DNA of 64,000 nucleotides from an uncultured Planctomycetales bacterium (GTDB lineage: Bacteria > Omnitrophota > Gorgyraeia > Gygaellales > Profunditerraquicolaceae), in the NCBI GenBank assembly GCA_964579435.1, contig CAZOGI010000003.1, forward strand, positions 47,321 through 111,320. The letters run 5' to 3'. How positions within the stretch are numbered: the first letter of the stretch is position 1; every line of letters begins with the position of its first letter. Below are positions 1 through 7,714 of this stretch, piece by piece. The notes beneath the pieces were generated by a model, which was given only the letters and a program-made list of their open reading frames with translations, did no database searches and was not told the DNA's origin. Both the position numbers and the translations under genes were made by a program.

Positions 1-313
1 CGCCCTCCAGCAGGAAGTCGCCGTTTTCAGGAACCAGATCAGCAGCGGCTCCAGTCTCTCAGACACCTTCGGTAAGTCAAAGCTTTTCCCGGCGATGGTG
101 ACCAATATTATTTCCATCGGGGAAGAGACCGGCTCGCTCGACAAATCCTTGATGCGTATCGCCGCCGAGTATGAAACGGAGGTTAACCGGACGCTCAAGG
201 AGCTGACGCGTCTGGTAGAGCCGCTGATCATCCTGGTGATGGGCTTGATCGTCGGGTTCATCGTTTTGTCGATGCTGCTGCCGATATTCCAGATCAATCT
301 TATCGCCCGCTAG
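1..313 (+). CDS. gspF: Type II secretion system protein F (GspF/PilC family), C-terminal fragment; 5' end lies outside the window
   Basis: Frame-2 ORF ending at 313; the C-terminal TM segment (LIILVMGLIVGFIVLSMLLPIF) and preceding region are typical of the GspF/PilC C-terminus; immediately upstream of gspG. Confidence 0.7.
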   Translation, partial: ALQQEVAVFRNQISSGSSLSDTFGKSKLFPAMVTNIISIGEETGSLDKSLMRIAAEYETEVNRTLKELTRLVEPLIILVMGLIVGFIVLSMLLPIFQINLIAR

Positions 314-328
314 AAAAGGAGAGTGTCC

Positions 329-709
329 ATGCACAAGAGAGGCTTCACCCTGATCGAGCTGATGCTGGTGGTAATCATTATCGGGGTCCTTGCGGCAATG
401 GTGATGCCGCGTCTCGTCGGCCGTTCCGAAGAGGCGCGTACCGCAGCCGCGCGCGCCGACATCGACGCCAATATCGCGCTGGCCCTGGATATGTTCGAGA
501 TGGACGTCGGTTATTATCCGGATAAGCTCTCCGACCTGAGAGAGAATCCCGGTGTCGGGGATAAGTGGAAAGGGCCGTACCTGAAGAAATCGCCGCGCGA
601 CCCCTGGGGCAGGGAATTCAAGTACGAGAAGAGCGGCAAGGATTATAAGCTCTGTTCCAACGGCCCCGACGAAGGCCGCAATGACGACGACATCTGTAAC
701 AGCGAATAA
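329..709 (+). CDS. gspG: Type II secretion major pseudopilin GspG
   Basis: Prepilin leader MHKRG|FTLIELMLVVIIIGVLAAMV with Glu+5; C-terminal GPDEGRNDDDICN resembles the GspG calcium-binding loop; GGAG RBS upstream. Confidence 0.85.
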   Translation: MHKRGFTLIELMLVVIIIGVLAAMVMPRLVGRSEEARTAAARADIDANIALALDMFEMDVGYYPDKLSDLRENPGVGDKWKGPYLKKSPRDPWGREFKYEKSGKDYKLCSNGPDEGRNDDDICNSE

Positions 710-1151
710 GCGTTCGTTCACGTTCGTGGAGCTGATCCTGGTGATCGCCATTATTTCGGTGATGACGGGATTGGCGATCCCGTTGGTGCGCTCGAGCTAT
801 TCCGCGGGCCAGCTGCAGGGTTTTGCCGGGACGCTGCGCAGCGCCGTCGGTTATGCCCGCGAGCGCGCGATCGTCGAGGCAAGGCCTCTGGCGCTGGTCT
901 TCGCCTCATCCGCCGAAGAGCTCACCCTTCGTTTTTACAACGAAACCGAGGCGATCAAGACATACCGTGTCCCCGAAGGGGTGACGGCGACGCTTCAGGA
1001 ACATTCTCCCGGCTCCTCGGACGGGATGATGGCCTTTTTTCCCGACGGCAGCATCGAGCAGGCGACGATCACGATCCAGCGCGGCAATACGACGATCGGA
1101 CTGACCAGCAAGGGAGTGTGGGGCGGTGTCAAGGTGGTTTCCGGGGAATAA
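681..1151 (+). CDS. Minor pseudopilin (GspH-like, prepilin-type N-terminal domain)
   Basis: N-terminal KRS|FTFVELILVIAIISVMTGLAIPL prepilin-like hydrophobic helix with Glu+5 (Ser, not Gly, at -1); position after gspG. Confidence 0.6.
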   Translation: MTTTSVTANKRSFTFVELILVIAIISVMTGLAIPLVRSSYSAGQLQGFAGTLRSAVGYARERAIVEARPLALVFASSAEELTLRFYNETEAIKTYRVPEGVTATLQEHSPGSSDGMMAFFPDGSIEQATITIQRGNTTIGLTSKGVWGGVKVVSGE

Positions 1152-1497
1152 GGGTTTTTCCCTCCTTGAGGTGGTCATCACGGTGGCGATCCTGGCCACC
1201 GGCATTGTCGTCGTCGTCCAGGCATTTTCGGTCCTGAACCGCTCTGCGGTTTCGGGCGAAAACCTCATCCGCGCCGCATTCCTGGCCGAGGATCTGATGA
1301 GAGGGGCGGAGTTGAAATACCGCTGTTCGCTTTCGGCGGTCCCCTCGATAGAGTCGGGGGAAACGGATTCTTTGGGCTGGGAGATCAGCCTGGCCGAAAC
1401 CGGCGAGGCGCTCTTGTGCCGCAGCGACGTGTCGGTTGCGTGGGAAGAAGGGGGACGCAGCCGGCGGTTTTCGGTCGGCGCGTATCTGCGGCGATGA
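1126..1497 (+). CDS. Minor pseudopilin (GspI-like)
   Basis: Prepilin motif NKG|FSLLEVVITVAILATGIVVV; gene order G-H-I-J-K. Confidence 0.6.
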   Translation: MSRWFPGNKGFSLLEVVITVAILATGIVVVVQAFSVLNRSAVSGENLIRAAFLAEDLMRGAELKYRCSLSAVPSIESGETDSLGWEISLAETGEALLCRSDVSVAWEEGGRSRRFSVGAYLRR

Positions 1498-2096
1498 GGC
1501 GCGTGCGCGGGTTGACGCTGGTTGAACTGCTCGTCGCCGTCGCGGTCTTTGCCCTGGTCATGACGGGGATCTTTGCCGCCTTCCGCTCCGGGATGTTCGG
1601 GTATCGCTCGCTTGAGGATCGGATGCAGTCGGTTTCTTCCGCCGCGCTCATCCTCTCGCAGCTGGAGCGCGATCTGCATAATGCCTTTGCCTACGATGAG
1701 AGCGATTCCGGCTTCTCCGGGACGGCCGATACGCTCGAATTTTTTTCGCGCCAGAAACGTCCTTCCGGGGAGACGCTGTCCTTGGATCTGGCGCGCGTCA
1801 CGTACCGATATGCGGACGAGCGGCTGCTGCGTACGTGCCGTTTAAACGCCGATGCGCTGATCGATGGGGCGGGCGAGGAAGAAGAATTCCCCTCCCCGGT
1901 TGCCGAGTTGAATTTCGCCTATCTCTACTTCGATTCCAAGGAAAAGACGATCAAAGAAAAGAGCTCCTGGGCAGGCGCCGAGGAGCAGGGTGACGGGGGA
2001 TTGCCCGCCGGCGTGAGGGTGACGCTTCTCATTCAAGGCCGGGGACGGTATCCGTTCTCTCGGTCGCTCTATCTTGCCGTTCTCGACACGCAATGA
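1494..2096 (+). CDS. Minor pseudopilin (GspJ-like)
   Basis: Start placed at in-frame MRRVRG|LTLVELLVAVAVFALVMTGIF (prepilin motif); the ORF track start at 1416 is probably too far upstream. Confidence 0.6.
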   Translation: MRRVRGLTLVELLVAVAVFALVMTGIFAAFRSGMFGYRSLEDRMQSVSSAALILSQLERDLHNAFAYDESDSGFSGTADTLEFFSRQKRPSGETLSLDLARVTYRYADERLLRTCRLNADALIDGAGEEEEFPSPVAELNFAYLYFDSKEKTIKEKSSWAGAEEQGDGGLPAGVRVTLLIQGRGRYPFSRSLYLAVLDTQ

Positions 2097-3124
2097 GAAG
2101 CCGTGCGCGCGCCCAGATTACCATCGTTGCGCTCTGGATATTGGCGCTCCTGAGCATGGTGGCGGTGAGCCTGGCGCACCGTGTTTCTCTTTCTCTGCGC
2201 GTAAGCGCGTATTACCGCGACAGCCTCGCTGCCCTGGCTGCGGCTCAGAATGCCCTCGCCGTGGGGTACCATCTGCTTGCCCAGGATGTCAATGCGTATG
2301 AAACGCTCGCCGAGCCATGGGCCGAAAACGAAGAACTGTTGCGGTCGGTTCCCAACGGCGAGGGAGCGGTAGGGTCGGTGTGCTACCGCGCGGTCGATGA
2401 GGGGACAGGGACCGTCAAAACGGTCTTTGGCATGGCGGATCTTGAGCGGCGCGCCTGCGTCAACAGGACCGATACGCTCGGAAAAGCGGTATTCCTGGAG
2501 ATCCTGCTGCAGGCCGATGTCGCCGAGTCGCAGGCGGCCGAGGTAGGCGCTCTCCTCGTGAACTGGATCGATGAAGATTCAAACGAAGAGCCTGATTTCT
2601 TCAAGAATAAACCGCTGGTCGTACCCGAAGAGCTCCTGGCGGTCCTGGAGCAGTATTTTCGGGAGAAGCGCTACGATGATTTTCGCGCCCGCGCCCGCGC
2701 GCTCTATGAGGGGATCGAACCGTATCTGACGGTGTACGGCAGCGGGAAGGTCAACGCCAATACCGTCGGGGAACGGGTCCTGCGGGCCTTCTGCCGGGCA
2801 GTGGCGTCAGCCGAAGAAAAAGCGGTCGCCGAGAGCGTTGCCCTCGCCCTGATCGAAGAGCGTGCCCGGAGGCTCGCGGATGCCCCGGACCAGGCGCCTT
2901 TCCCGAGCGCCGACAGCCTTTCTGTCCCTTCAGGCGATTCTGCCGCACTCTCCTTTCTGGCTAAGCTCAAGGCAGAAGCCGATCAGGTTTTTCTCTTTGA
3001 TGCGTCGGGTTTTTTCTGCATCGAAGCTTCCGGCACTGTCAGTTCCCGGACGCGGCGGGTGCGCGCGGTCTTTGAGCGTACCGGCAGCGGCACCCTTGCC
3101 CTGCGCGGATGGCAGCAGGACTAA
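2093..3124 (+). CDS. Minor pseudopilin GspK-like protein
   Basis: N-terminal hydrophobic helix without Glu+5 (ITIVALWILALLSMVAV), ~340 aa, position after GspJ; typical of GspK. Confidence 0.55.
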   Translation: MRSRARAQITIVALWILALLSMVAVSLAHRVSLSLRVSAYYRDSLAALAAAQNALAVGYHLLAQDVNAYETLAEPWAENEELLRSVPNGEGAVGSVCYRAVDEGTGTVKTVFGMADLERRACVNRTDTLGKAVFLEILLQADVAESQAAEVGALLVNWIDEDSNEEPDFFKNKPLVVPEELLAVLEQYFREKRYDDFRARARALYEGIEPYLTVYGSGKVNANTVGERVLRAFCRAVASAEEKAVAESVALALIEERARRLADAPDQAPFPSADSLSVPSGDSAALSFLAKLKAEADQVFLFDASGFFCIEASGTVSSRTRRVRAVFERTGSGTLALRGWQQD

Positions 3125-3178
3125 AATTGGCTTGCAAAGGAAGGCGCTTCGGCTAGTATAGTAAGAACGGTCAGGCGT

Positions 3179-4612
3179 ATGTTCAAAAAGATCAAGAAAA
3201 ACACCCAATATATCTGTTCGATAACCGAATCGGCGCTCAAGGTGTTGCGCTGCAGCGTCCAGGATTCGGGTAAGAGCGAGTTTTCCCGTGCCGCAGTAGA
3301 GGCGGTGCTTGGTGAAGCGGACGAAAAACAGGTATCCGCGCGTCTGGTCGAAATGGTCAGGCGCATGGGGTATGCGGGAGAGCCGTTGCTTATCTGTCTG
3401 CCGCGCCACAACGCCACCAGCCGCTGCCTCAAGGTTCCCGCGAATTCCCCCCCGGAGATCGAGAAGATCGTTTCCCTGCAGGCCCCGCGCCTCTTTCCCT
3501 ATCCTGCCAATGAGCTCAACAGCGGTTTTCAGATAATCCAGACCGACGCGCAGGGGTATACGGATGTGAACGTGGTCATCGCCCACCGCGCGGTCATCGA
3601 GCGTTACCTCAAGGTTTCCCAGGAGCTCAAAGCGATGCGCTTGAGCGTCACTTTAAGCTCCTTCGGGTTGTGCGCCCTCCATAACTGGTCGGCGCTTCGT
3701 TCTCCCGACCCGGTTCTGGTCATTGACGTCGACGGGCCCCAGGTCGAAGCGGTCATTGTCGCCAACCGGAAGTTCCTTTTCAGCCGCGCCTTCAGGGTGC
3801 CGTTGCCGAAGGATGAGTGGGGACGGGTGTGCCTTGAGGAGCTGCGCAAGACCCTCGATCTGTACCAGCGCGAAGTCAAGGGCGCGGAAGTCACGCGCGC
3901 GGTGGTCGTGCAGTGCGGCCCGGGAGGCAGGGAGCTCATCCCGCAGCTGAAAGAGAAACTGAAGCTTTCCGCTGAAGAGCTCTCCTTTTCCGATCGCCTC
4001 AAGCTTTCTGCCGAGGTGAAGCAGTGCCTGAACAACGCCACGGTCTCTTTTGCCGCTCTCATCGGCCTCGGCCTGGAGCGGATGAGCGAATATGTCAACT
4101 TGTTGCCTACCGAAGTAAAAGCGGTCTCCAAGAGCCAGGAGCGCTCATCCCATTGGCGGCAGTTGGGGGTCGTCTTGTCGCTGGCGTTGTGCCTGGCGCT
4201 GGCGGGACTGCTGCGTCAGGTGGCGAATAAGGAGAGCCATCTGAAAAAATTGAAAGCGGAGCTTGCCGCCATTTCCGAGCAGTCAAAGTCCCTCGAAGAG
4301 ATCGCCCGGCGCCTGGAGCTGCTCGAGAAATACGCCGACAAGGGGATTTCCGCCCTCGATGTCTTCGCCGAGTTGCATAAGGCGGTGCCCGATTCGGTCA
4401 TGCTCTCCAGCTTCGTGTTCGAGGAGAACAGCGGCTTGATCATCCGCGGGCACGCCCCGGAGCTGGATCGGGTTTTTGATTTCGTCTCGCGGCTGCAGAA
4501 GTCCGTTCTCTTCAGGGGGTTCACGGTCAAGGTGCGCTATGCAACCAAGAAGAAGACCAGGGGGCTTGAGTTCATCGATTTCGAAATCCTCTGCGAAAAG
4601 GGAGGGAGTTAA
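3179..4612 (+). CDS. GspL / PilM-PilN-like bitopic inner-membrane T2SS assembly protein
   Basis: 477 aa; cytoplasmic N-terminal domain, one central TM (WRQLGVVLSLALCLALAGLL), periplasmic coiled-coil C-terminus; sits between gspK and gspM. Confidence 0.5.
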   Translation: MFKKIKKNTQYICSITESALKVLRCSVQDSGKSEFSRAAVEAVLGEADEKQVSARLVEMVRRMGYAGEPLLICLPRHNATSRCLKVPANSPPEIEKIVSLQAPRLFPYPANELNSGFQIIQTDAQGYTDVNVVIAHRAVIERYLKVSQELKAMRLSVTLSSFGLCALHNWSALRSPDPVLVIDVDGPQVEAVIVANRKFLFSRAFRVPLPKDEWGRVCLEELRKTLDLYQREVKGAEVTRAVVVQCGPGGRELIPQLKEKLKLSAEELSFSDRLKLSAEVKQCLNNATVSFAALIGLGLERMSEYVNLLPTEVKAVSKSQERSSHWRQLGVVLSLALCLALAGLLRQVANKESHLKKLKAELAAISEQSKSLEEIARRLELLEKYADKGISALDVFAELHKAVPDSVMLSSFVFEENSGLIIRGHAPELDRVFDFVSRLQKSVLFRGFTVKVRYATKKKTRGLEFIDFEILCEKGGS

Positions 4613-4618
4613 GAGCTT

Positions 4619-5158
4619 ATGCAGCGGCTGATCTCTGCACGCGAAAAAGCCCTTCTGGCCTCCACGGGCGCGTTGGCCGTTTTGAGCGTGCTGTTTAGTT
4701 TTGTTATTCATCCGGCATTACGCCGTAACGTCAGCCTCGGCCAGGAGATCGCTGCGGCCCGCCATAAGCTGGTTAAATACAGCCGGCTCCTGGGTCAACG
4801 GGAGGATATCGAAGGCCGTTTCCGCTCGCTCTCCGCGAATTTAGAAGGTTCACTGAAACATCGCGATCCTCTGGTCGCCGCTCTTTCGGAGCTGGAGGCA
4901 TTGGCGAAAAAGGCGAACATAAAAATTATCGATATCCGGCCGGATCTGGCGGCGCGATCCTCGGGGGCGTACCGCGAGCTCTCGATCGAGATACGCGCCG
5001 AAGGGGATACCCAGGGGTATCTGGCATTCATCTACCAGTTGGAGAATTCCCTCTCCCTTTTGCGTATCAAACGCTTCCAGATAAGCGCCAAGCCGAATTC
5101 CGCGACGCTTGAAGGGCTTTTTACGATCACCCAGATTTCCGCGGGCTCAGGCCCTTGA
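4619..5158 (+). CDS. GspM / PilO-like T2SS inner-membrane protein
   Basis: 179 aa; N-terminal TM (LASTGALAVLSVLFSFVI) followed by a coiled-coil periplasmic domain; GGAGGG RBS; last gene of the gsp block. Confidence 0.45.
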   Translation: MQRLISAREKALLASTGALAVLSVLFSFVIHPALRRNVSLGQEIAAARHKLVKYSRLLGQREDIEGRFRSLSANLEGSLKHRDPLVAALSELEALAKKANIKIIDIRPDLAARSSGAYRELSIEIRAEGDTQGYLAFIYQLENSLSLLRIKRFQISAKPNSATLEGLFTITQISAGSGP

Positions 5159-5322
5159 AATCCCGCGTTCGTGTGCTATACTTAAATTGTAAACGCACCA
5201 TTTGACAATTTGACACAAGCACCCTACTGAAAAGGGCAAACCAGGAGCGATCCTGGGGCGCAAAGCTATCGGTCCGCCACGAAGCGACGGCGGACGGCCG
5301 GGCTGCCAAAGAGGGGCACTAT

Positions 5323-5348
5323 CTTGAGAGGCCCTCAAGATTTTTTTT
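5323..5348 (+). terminator. Rho-independent terminator after the gspM block (hairpin CTTGAG-AGGCC-CTCAAG plus T8)
   Basis: Perfect 6-bp stem with a 5-nt loop followed by 8 consecutive T. Confidence 0.5.
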
Positions 5349-5372
5349 GTGCTTGGCGCTCTGGCATTGCCG

Positions 5373-5399
5373 CCCCGCTGGTTTGCAGCGGGGTTTTTT
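5373..5399 (+). terminator. Second intrinsic terminator hairpin (CCCCGCTG-GTTTG-CAGCGGGG plus T6)
   Basis: 8-bp GC-rich stem and T-run, 25 nt downstream of the first terminator. Confidence 0.5.
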
Positions 5400-5444
5400 G
5401 TTTGGGGGGGCGCCTCGCAGGAGGCTGATAAACGGGTCGGTCCT

Positions 5445-5472
5445 GTCCCGCCGCCTTTAACAGCGGCGGGAC
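5445..5472 (+). promoter_or_regulatory. Perfect 10-bp inverted repeat GTCCCGCCGC-(8 nt)-GCGGCGGGAC, 17 nt upstream of the RHH gene start; candidate operator or 5'-UTR structure
   Basis: Read directly from sequence; followed by the RBS GGAGGTGGGG and ATG at 5490. Confidence 0.35.
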
Positions 5473-5489
5473 CAACGGAGGTGGGGCAT

Positions 5490-5735
5490 ATGAAGCAGGA
5501 GAGCGAGATTGCGATGAGGCACCGGGTTATCACCATGCTCAACCGCAACGAGATGGATTTCCTTGACAAGCTCGGCAAGGACGCGCTTTTCTCGACGGGA
5601 CACAAACTTTCCTACAGCGAGATCCTGCGCGCCCTTATCGACTTCGCCATGGAGATCGGCGTGTCCGGGGAACGGGTGGATTCACCCGACACCTTTAAAC
5701 GGGTTGTTGAGCAGCGCTCTAAAACAGCTGGCTAA
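5490..5735 (+). CDS. Small ribbon-helix-helix (CopG/Arc-like) putative DNA-binding protein; paralog of 42287..42559
   Basis: 81 aa from an internal ATG with RBS; predicted beta-strand RVITML then helices; motif FLDKLGKDALFSTG shared with the minus-strand gene at 42287..42559. Confidence 0.5.
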   Translation: MKQESEIAMRHRVITMLNRNEMDFLDKLGKDALFSTGHKLSYSEILRALIDFAMEIGVSGERVDSPDTFKRVVEQRSKTAG

Positions 5736-6022
5736 AAGGAGGGAGGCATGAGGCGCATGACTCATAAGTTCATACGTGGAGCCAAGAAGCACTTGAACCG
5801 CGCGAAGAGAAATCACAAAAAACATCTTTGTTTTCTCGCCGCATTGCGTCTCTTCGCGGGGATGCCGGTAGGAGGGTAGTTCCCTTATTTTGACCATATA
5901 CATTTAGTCCCACGCCACGTAGAGGCAAGAGCCCTGAGGCCATCATCAGGGCTCTTTGCTTTATAGGCCTCCGTTTGACTGGCAGTGCAAAAAGCTGTTG
6001 ACAAAATGAGCTTCTGTGCTAC

Positions 6023-6036
6023 TCTCTATATAGAGA
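6023..6036 (+). promoter_or_regulatory. 14-bp perfect palindrome TCTCTATATAGAGA abutting the MerR-like gene start; candidate autoregulatory operator overlapping a -10-like TATATA
   Basis: Seen in sequence; TTGACA at 5998-6003 lies upstream. Confidence 0.35.
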
Positions 6037-6273
6037 GTGAACATGAAAAATCATCCTAACATTTATCTAATAAAAGATTTAGCTAGGTTAAGCGGGCATT
6101 CTGTACATACGATTAAATTCTACCTTAAAATCGGGCTTATAAAGGAAGTTGACCGGAGTCCCGAGACACGGTTTCGTTATTTTGATGATTCTACCCTGGC
6201 TGAGCTTACCAGGATTCGCTCTTTCAGGAAAGAAGGGCGGTCATTGAAGGATATCAGGGATGAGCTATTATAA
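6037..6273 (+). CDS. MerR-family helix-turn-helix transcriptional regulator (short, 78 aa)
   Basis: IYLIKDLARLSGHSVHTIKFYLKIGLI matches the MerR N-terminal HTH; GTG start; gene lies in a low-GC islet. Confidence 0.6.
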   Translation: MNMKNHPNIYLIKDLARLSGHSVHTIKFYLKIGLIKEVDRSPETRFRYFDDSTLAELTRIRSFRKEGRSLKDIRDELL

Positions 6274-7093
6274 GATCTTCGGCCTGGTCAAAGAGCCCTT
6301 TTCGACCAGCCCTGATCCGCAGTTCTTTTACCACTCCCTCAGCCATAATACCGCGCTGAAGCGATTGGAGATCGCCGTACGCCTGCGCCGGGGGCTTTGT
6401 CTCATACTCGGAGATGTCGGCACCGGCAAGACGACGCTCTCGCGCACGCTCCTGCAGGCTTTCCGCAACGACAGCAGTTTCATCTTCCATATGATCCTTG
6501 ATCCGAGCTTCAAATCGGAATTCCAGTTTCTCCAGTCGCTGGTCAAGATGTTCAATATCAACCCCGAATTTAAATCTACGATCGATTTCAAGGAGGCGCT
6601 GCAGAAGTATCTTTTCCAGAAAGGGGTCGAAGAGAACAAGACGATAATTCTGCTGATCGACGAAGGCCAGAAGATCACCTCCGAGAATTTGGAGGTGCTG
6701 CGCACGCTCCTGAACTTCGAGACGAACGAGTATAAGCTCCTGCAGCTGATTATCATGGCCCAGGTGGAGCTCCTGCCGCGGATCAAACGCATCCGTAATT
6801 TCATCGACCGGGTCGCCCTCAAATACACGATCAACCCGCTGGATGAAGCCGAGACGCAGGAGATGATCAGTTTCCGCCTCCGCCAGGCAGGCTATCGGGG
6901 GGATATGAACCTTTTCAGCGACGAAGCGGTTCACGAAATCTACCAGTACACCCAGGGGTATCCCCGCAAGATCGCGATGGTCTGTCATGATGCCCTCGAG
7001 GTCGCGGTGATGAAGGAGTCGCCGTTTGTCGACGGGCCGACTATCAGGGAGTTGATCGCTTCCCGCGAAGATGAAAGAGAATCCATCGCCTGA
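6260..7093 (+). CDS. exeA: ExeA/GspA-like AAA ATPase (type II secretion accessory)
   Basis: Walker A GDVGTGKT, Walker B ILLIDEGQ; ExeA-family length and order, upstream of the secretin. Confidence 0.75.
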   Translation: MSYYKIFGLVKEPFSTSPDPQFFYHSLSHNTALKRLEIAVRLRRGLCLILGDVGTGKTTLSRTLLQAFRNDSSFIFHMILDPSFKSEFQFLQSLVKMFNINPEFKSTIDFKEALQKYLFQKGVEENKTIILLIDEGQKITSENLEVLRTLLNFETNEYKLLQLIIMAQVELLPRIKRIRNFIDRVALKYTINPLDEAETQEMISFRLRQAGYRGDMNLFSDEAVHEIYQYTQGYPRKIAMVCHDALEVAVMKESPFVDGPTIRELIASREDERESIA

Positions 7094-7679
7094 AGAAAAG
7101 CTGTTGAATCTGATCCGCGGCACGCGGCAGCGGGATGTCCCGGTTTCCGCCAAGGGGGCGCCGGATCCGGCGGCCAAAACCGACCAAAGGCACCCGGCCG
7201 TGCGCCGGAGTGTCCTGAGCGCAGACTTCTTGTTCGAGCGGTTTGTCTGGGCGGCGTTCCTGCTGTCCCTGGGATTCGCGCTCGTCTCTTTCCTCTGGCC
7301 GTTCCTCTTTCCCCCTCCGGTCAAAATGGCGCAGCCGGCCGGCCCCGCAGCAGCCGTAGCGTCGCCGTCGTTAAATTCGCAACGCAAGAACCTGGAGTGG
7401 TACCAGAACAGCGTCGGCTCCCGTCAGATATTCCTTCAGGTCAAAGGGCCGGATGAGCCGGCCCCCGAGGAGTCGTTCAATCCGGAGCTGATCAAAGATC
7501 TGACCCTGGTAGGGATTATTTCAGGCGAAAACGCCCAGGTGATCATCGAAGACCGCAAGGCGCTCAAGACATTTTCCCTGAATAGAGGCCAGGCATTCGG
7601 CGATTTCAAGGTGGAGGAGATCCTCGAGAATAAGGCGGTGCTGAGTTACCGCGGGCAGAAGTTCGAGCTTTCCCTGTAG
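7071..7679 (+). CDS. Bitopic membrane protein with a C-terminal GspC HR / PilP-like beta domain (putative secretin-interacting T2SS component)
   Basis: TM AAFLLSLGFALVSFLWPFLF; C-terminus LTLVGIISGENAQVIIEDRKALKTFSLNRGQAFGDFKVEEILENKAVL resembles HR/PilP domains; sits between exeA and gspD. Confidence 0.35.
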   Translation: MKENPSPEEKLLNLIRGTRQRDVPVSAKGAPDPAAKTDQRHPAVRRSVLSADFLFERFVWAAFLLSLGFALVSFLWPFLFPPPVKMAQPAGPAAAVASPSLNSQRKNLEWYQNSVGSRQIFLQVKGPDEPAPEESFNPELIKDLTLVGIISGENAQVIIEDRKALKTFSLNRGQAFGDFKVEEILENKAVLSYRGQKFELSL

Positions 7680-7714
7680 CCTGCGCAGGCGTTTATTAAA
7701 GCGGAGGATAGGCA

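Noticed and set aside
906-1679. Minus-strand ORFs overlapping the pseudopilin genes (906..1679, 1385..1651, 1842..2093, 2930..3586, 3604..4131, 4283..4711)
   Set aside because: They are antisense to prepilin-motif-bearing genes arranged in canonical G-H-I-J-K-L-M order. The translations are low-complexity Arg/Pro/Ala-rich shadow ORFs.
5349-5489. Upstream extension of the RHH ORF (start 5349) and of several other track ORFs (1416, 12470, 16053, 16966, 20169, 26293, 30305, 34182, 35595, 37209, 46288, 46536, 48239, 56534)
   Set aside because: The extensions run through intergenic terminators or overlap upstream genes in another frame. Internal ATG/GTG starts with Shine-Dalgarno sequences, and N-termini matching the protein families, were preferred.
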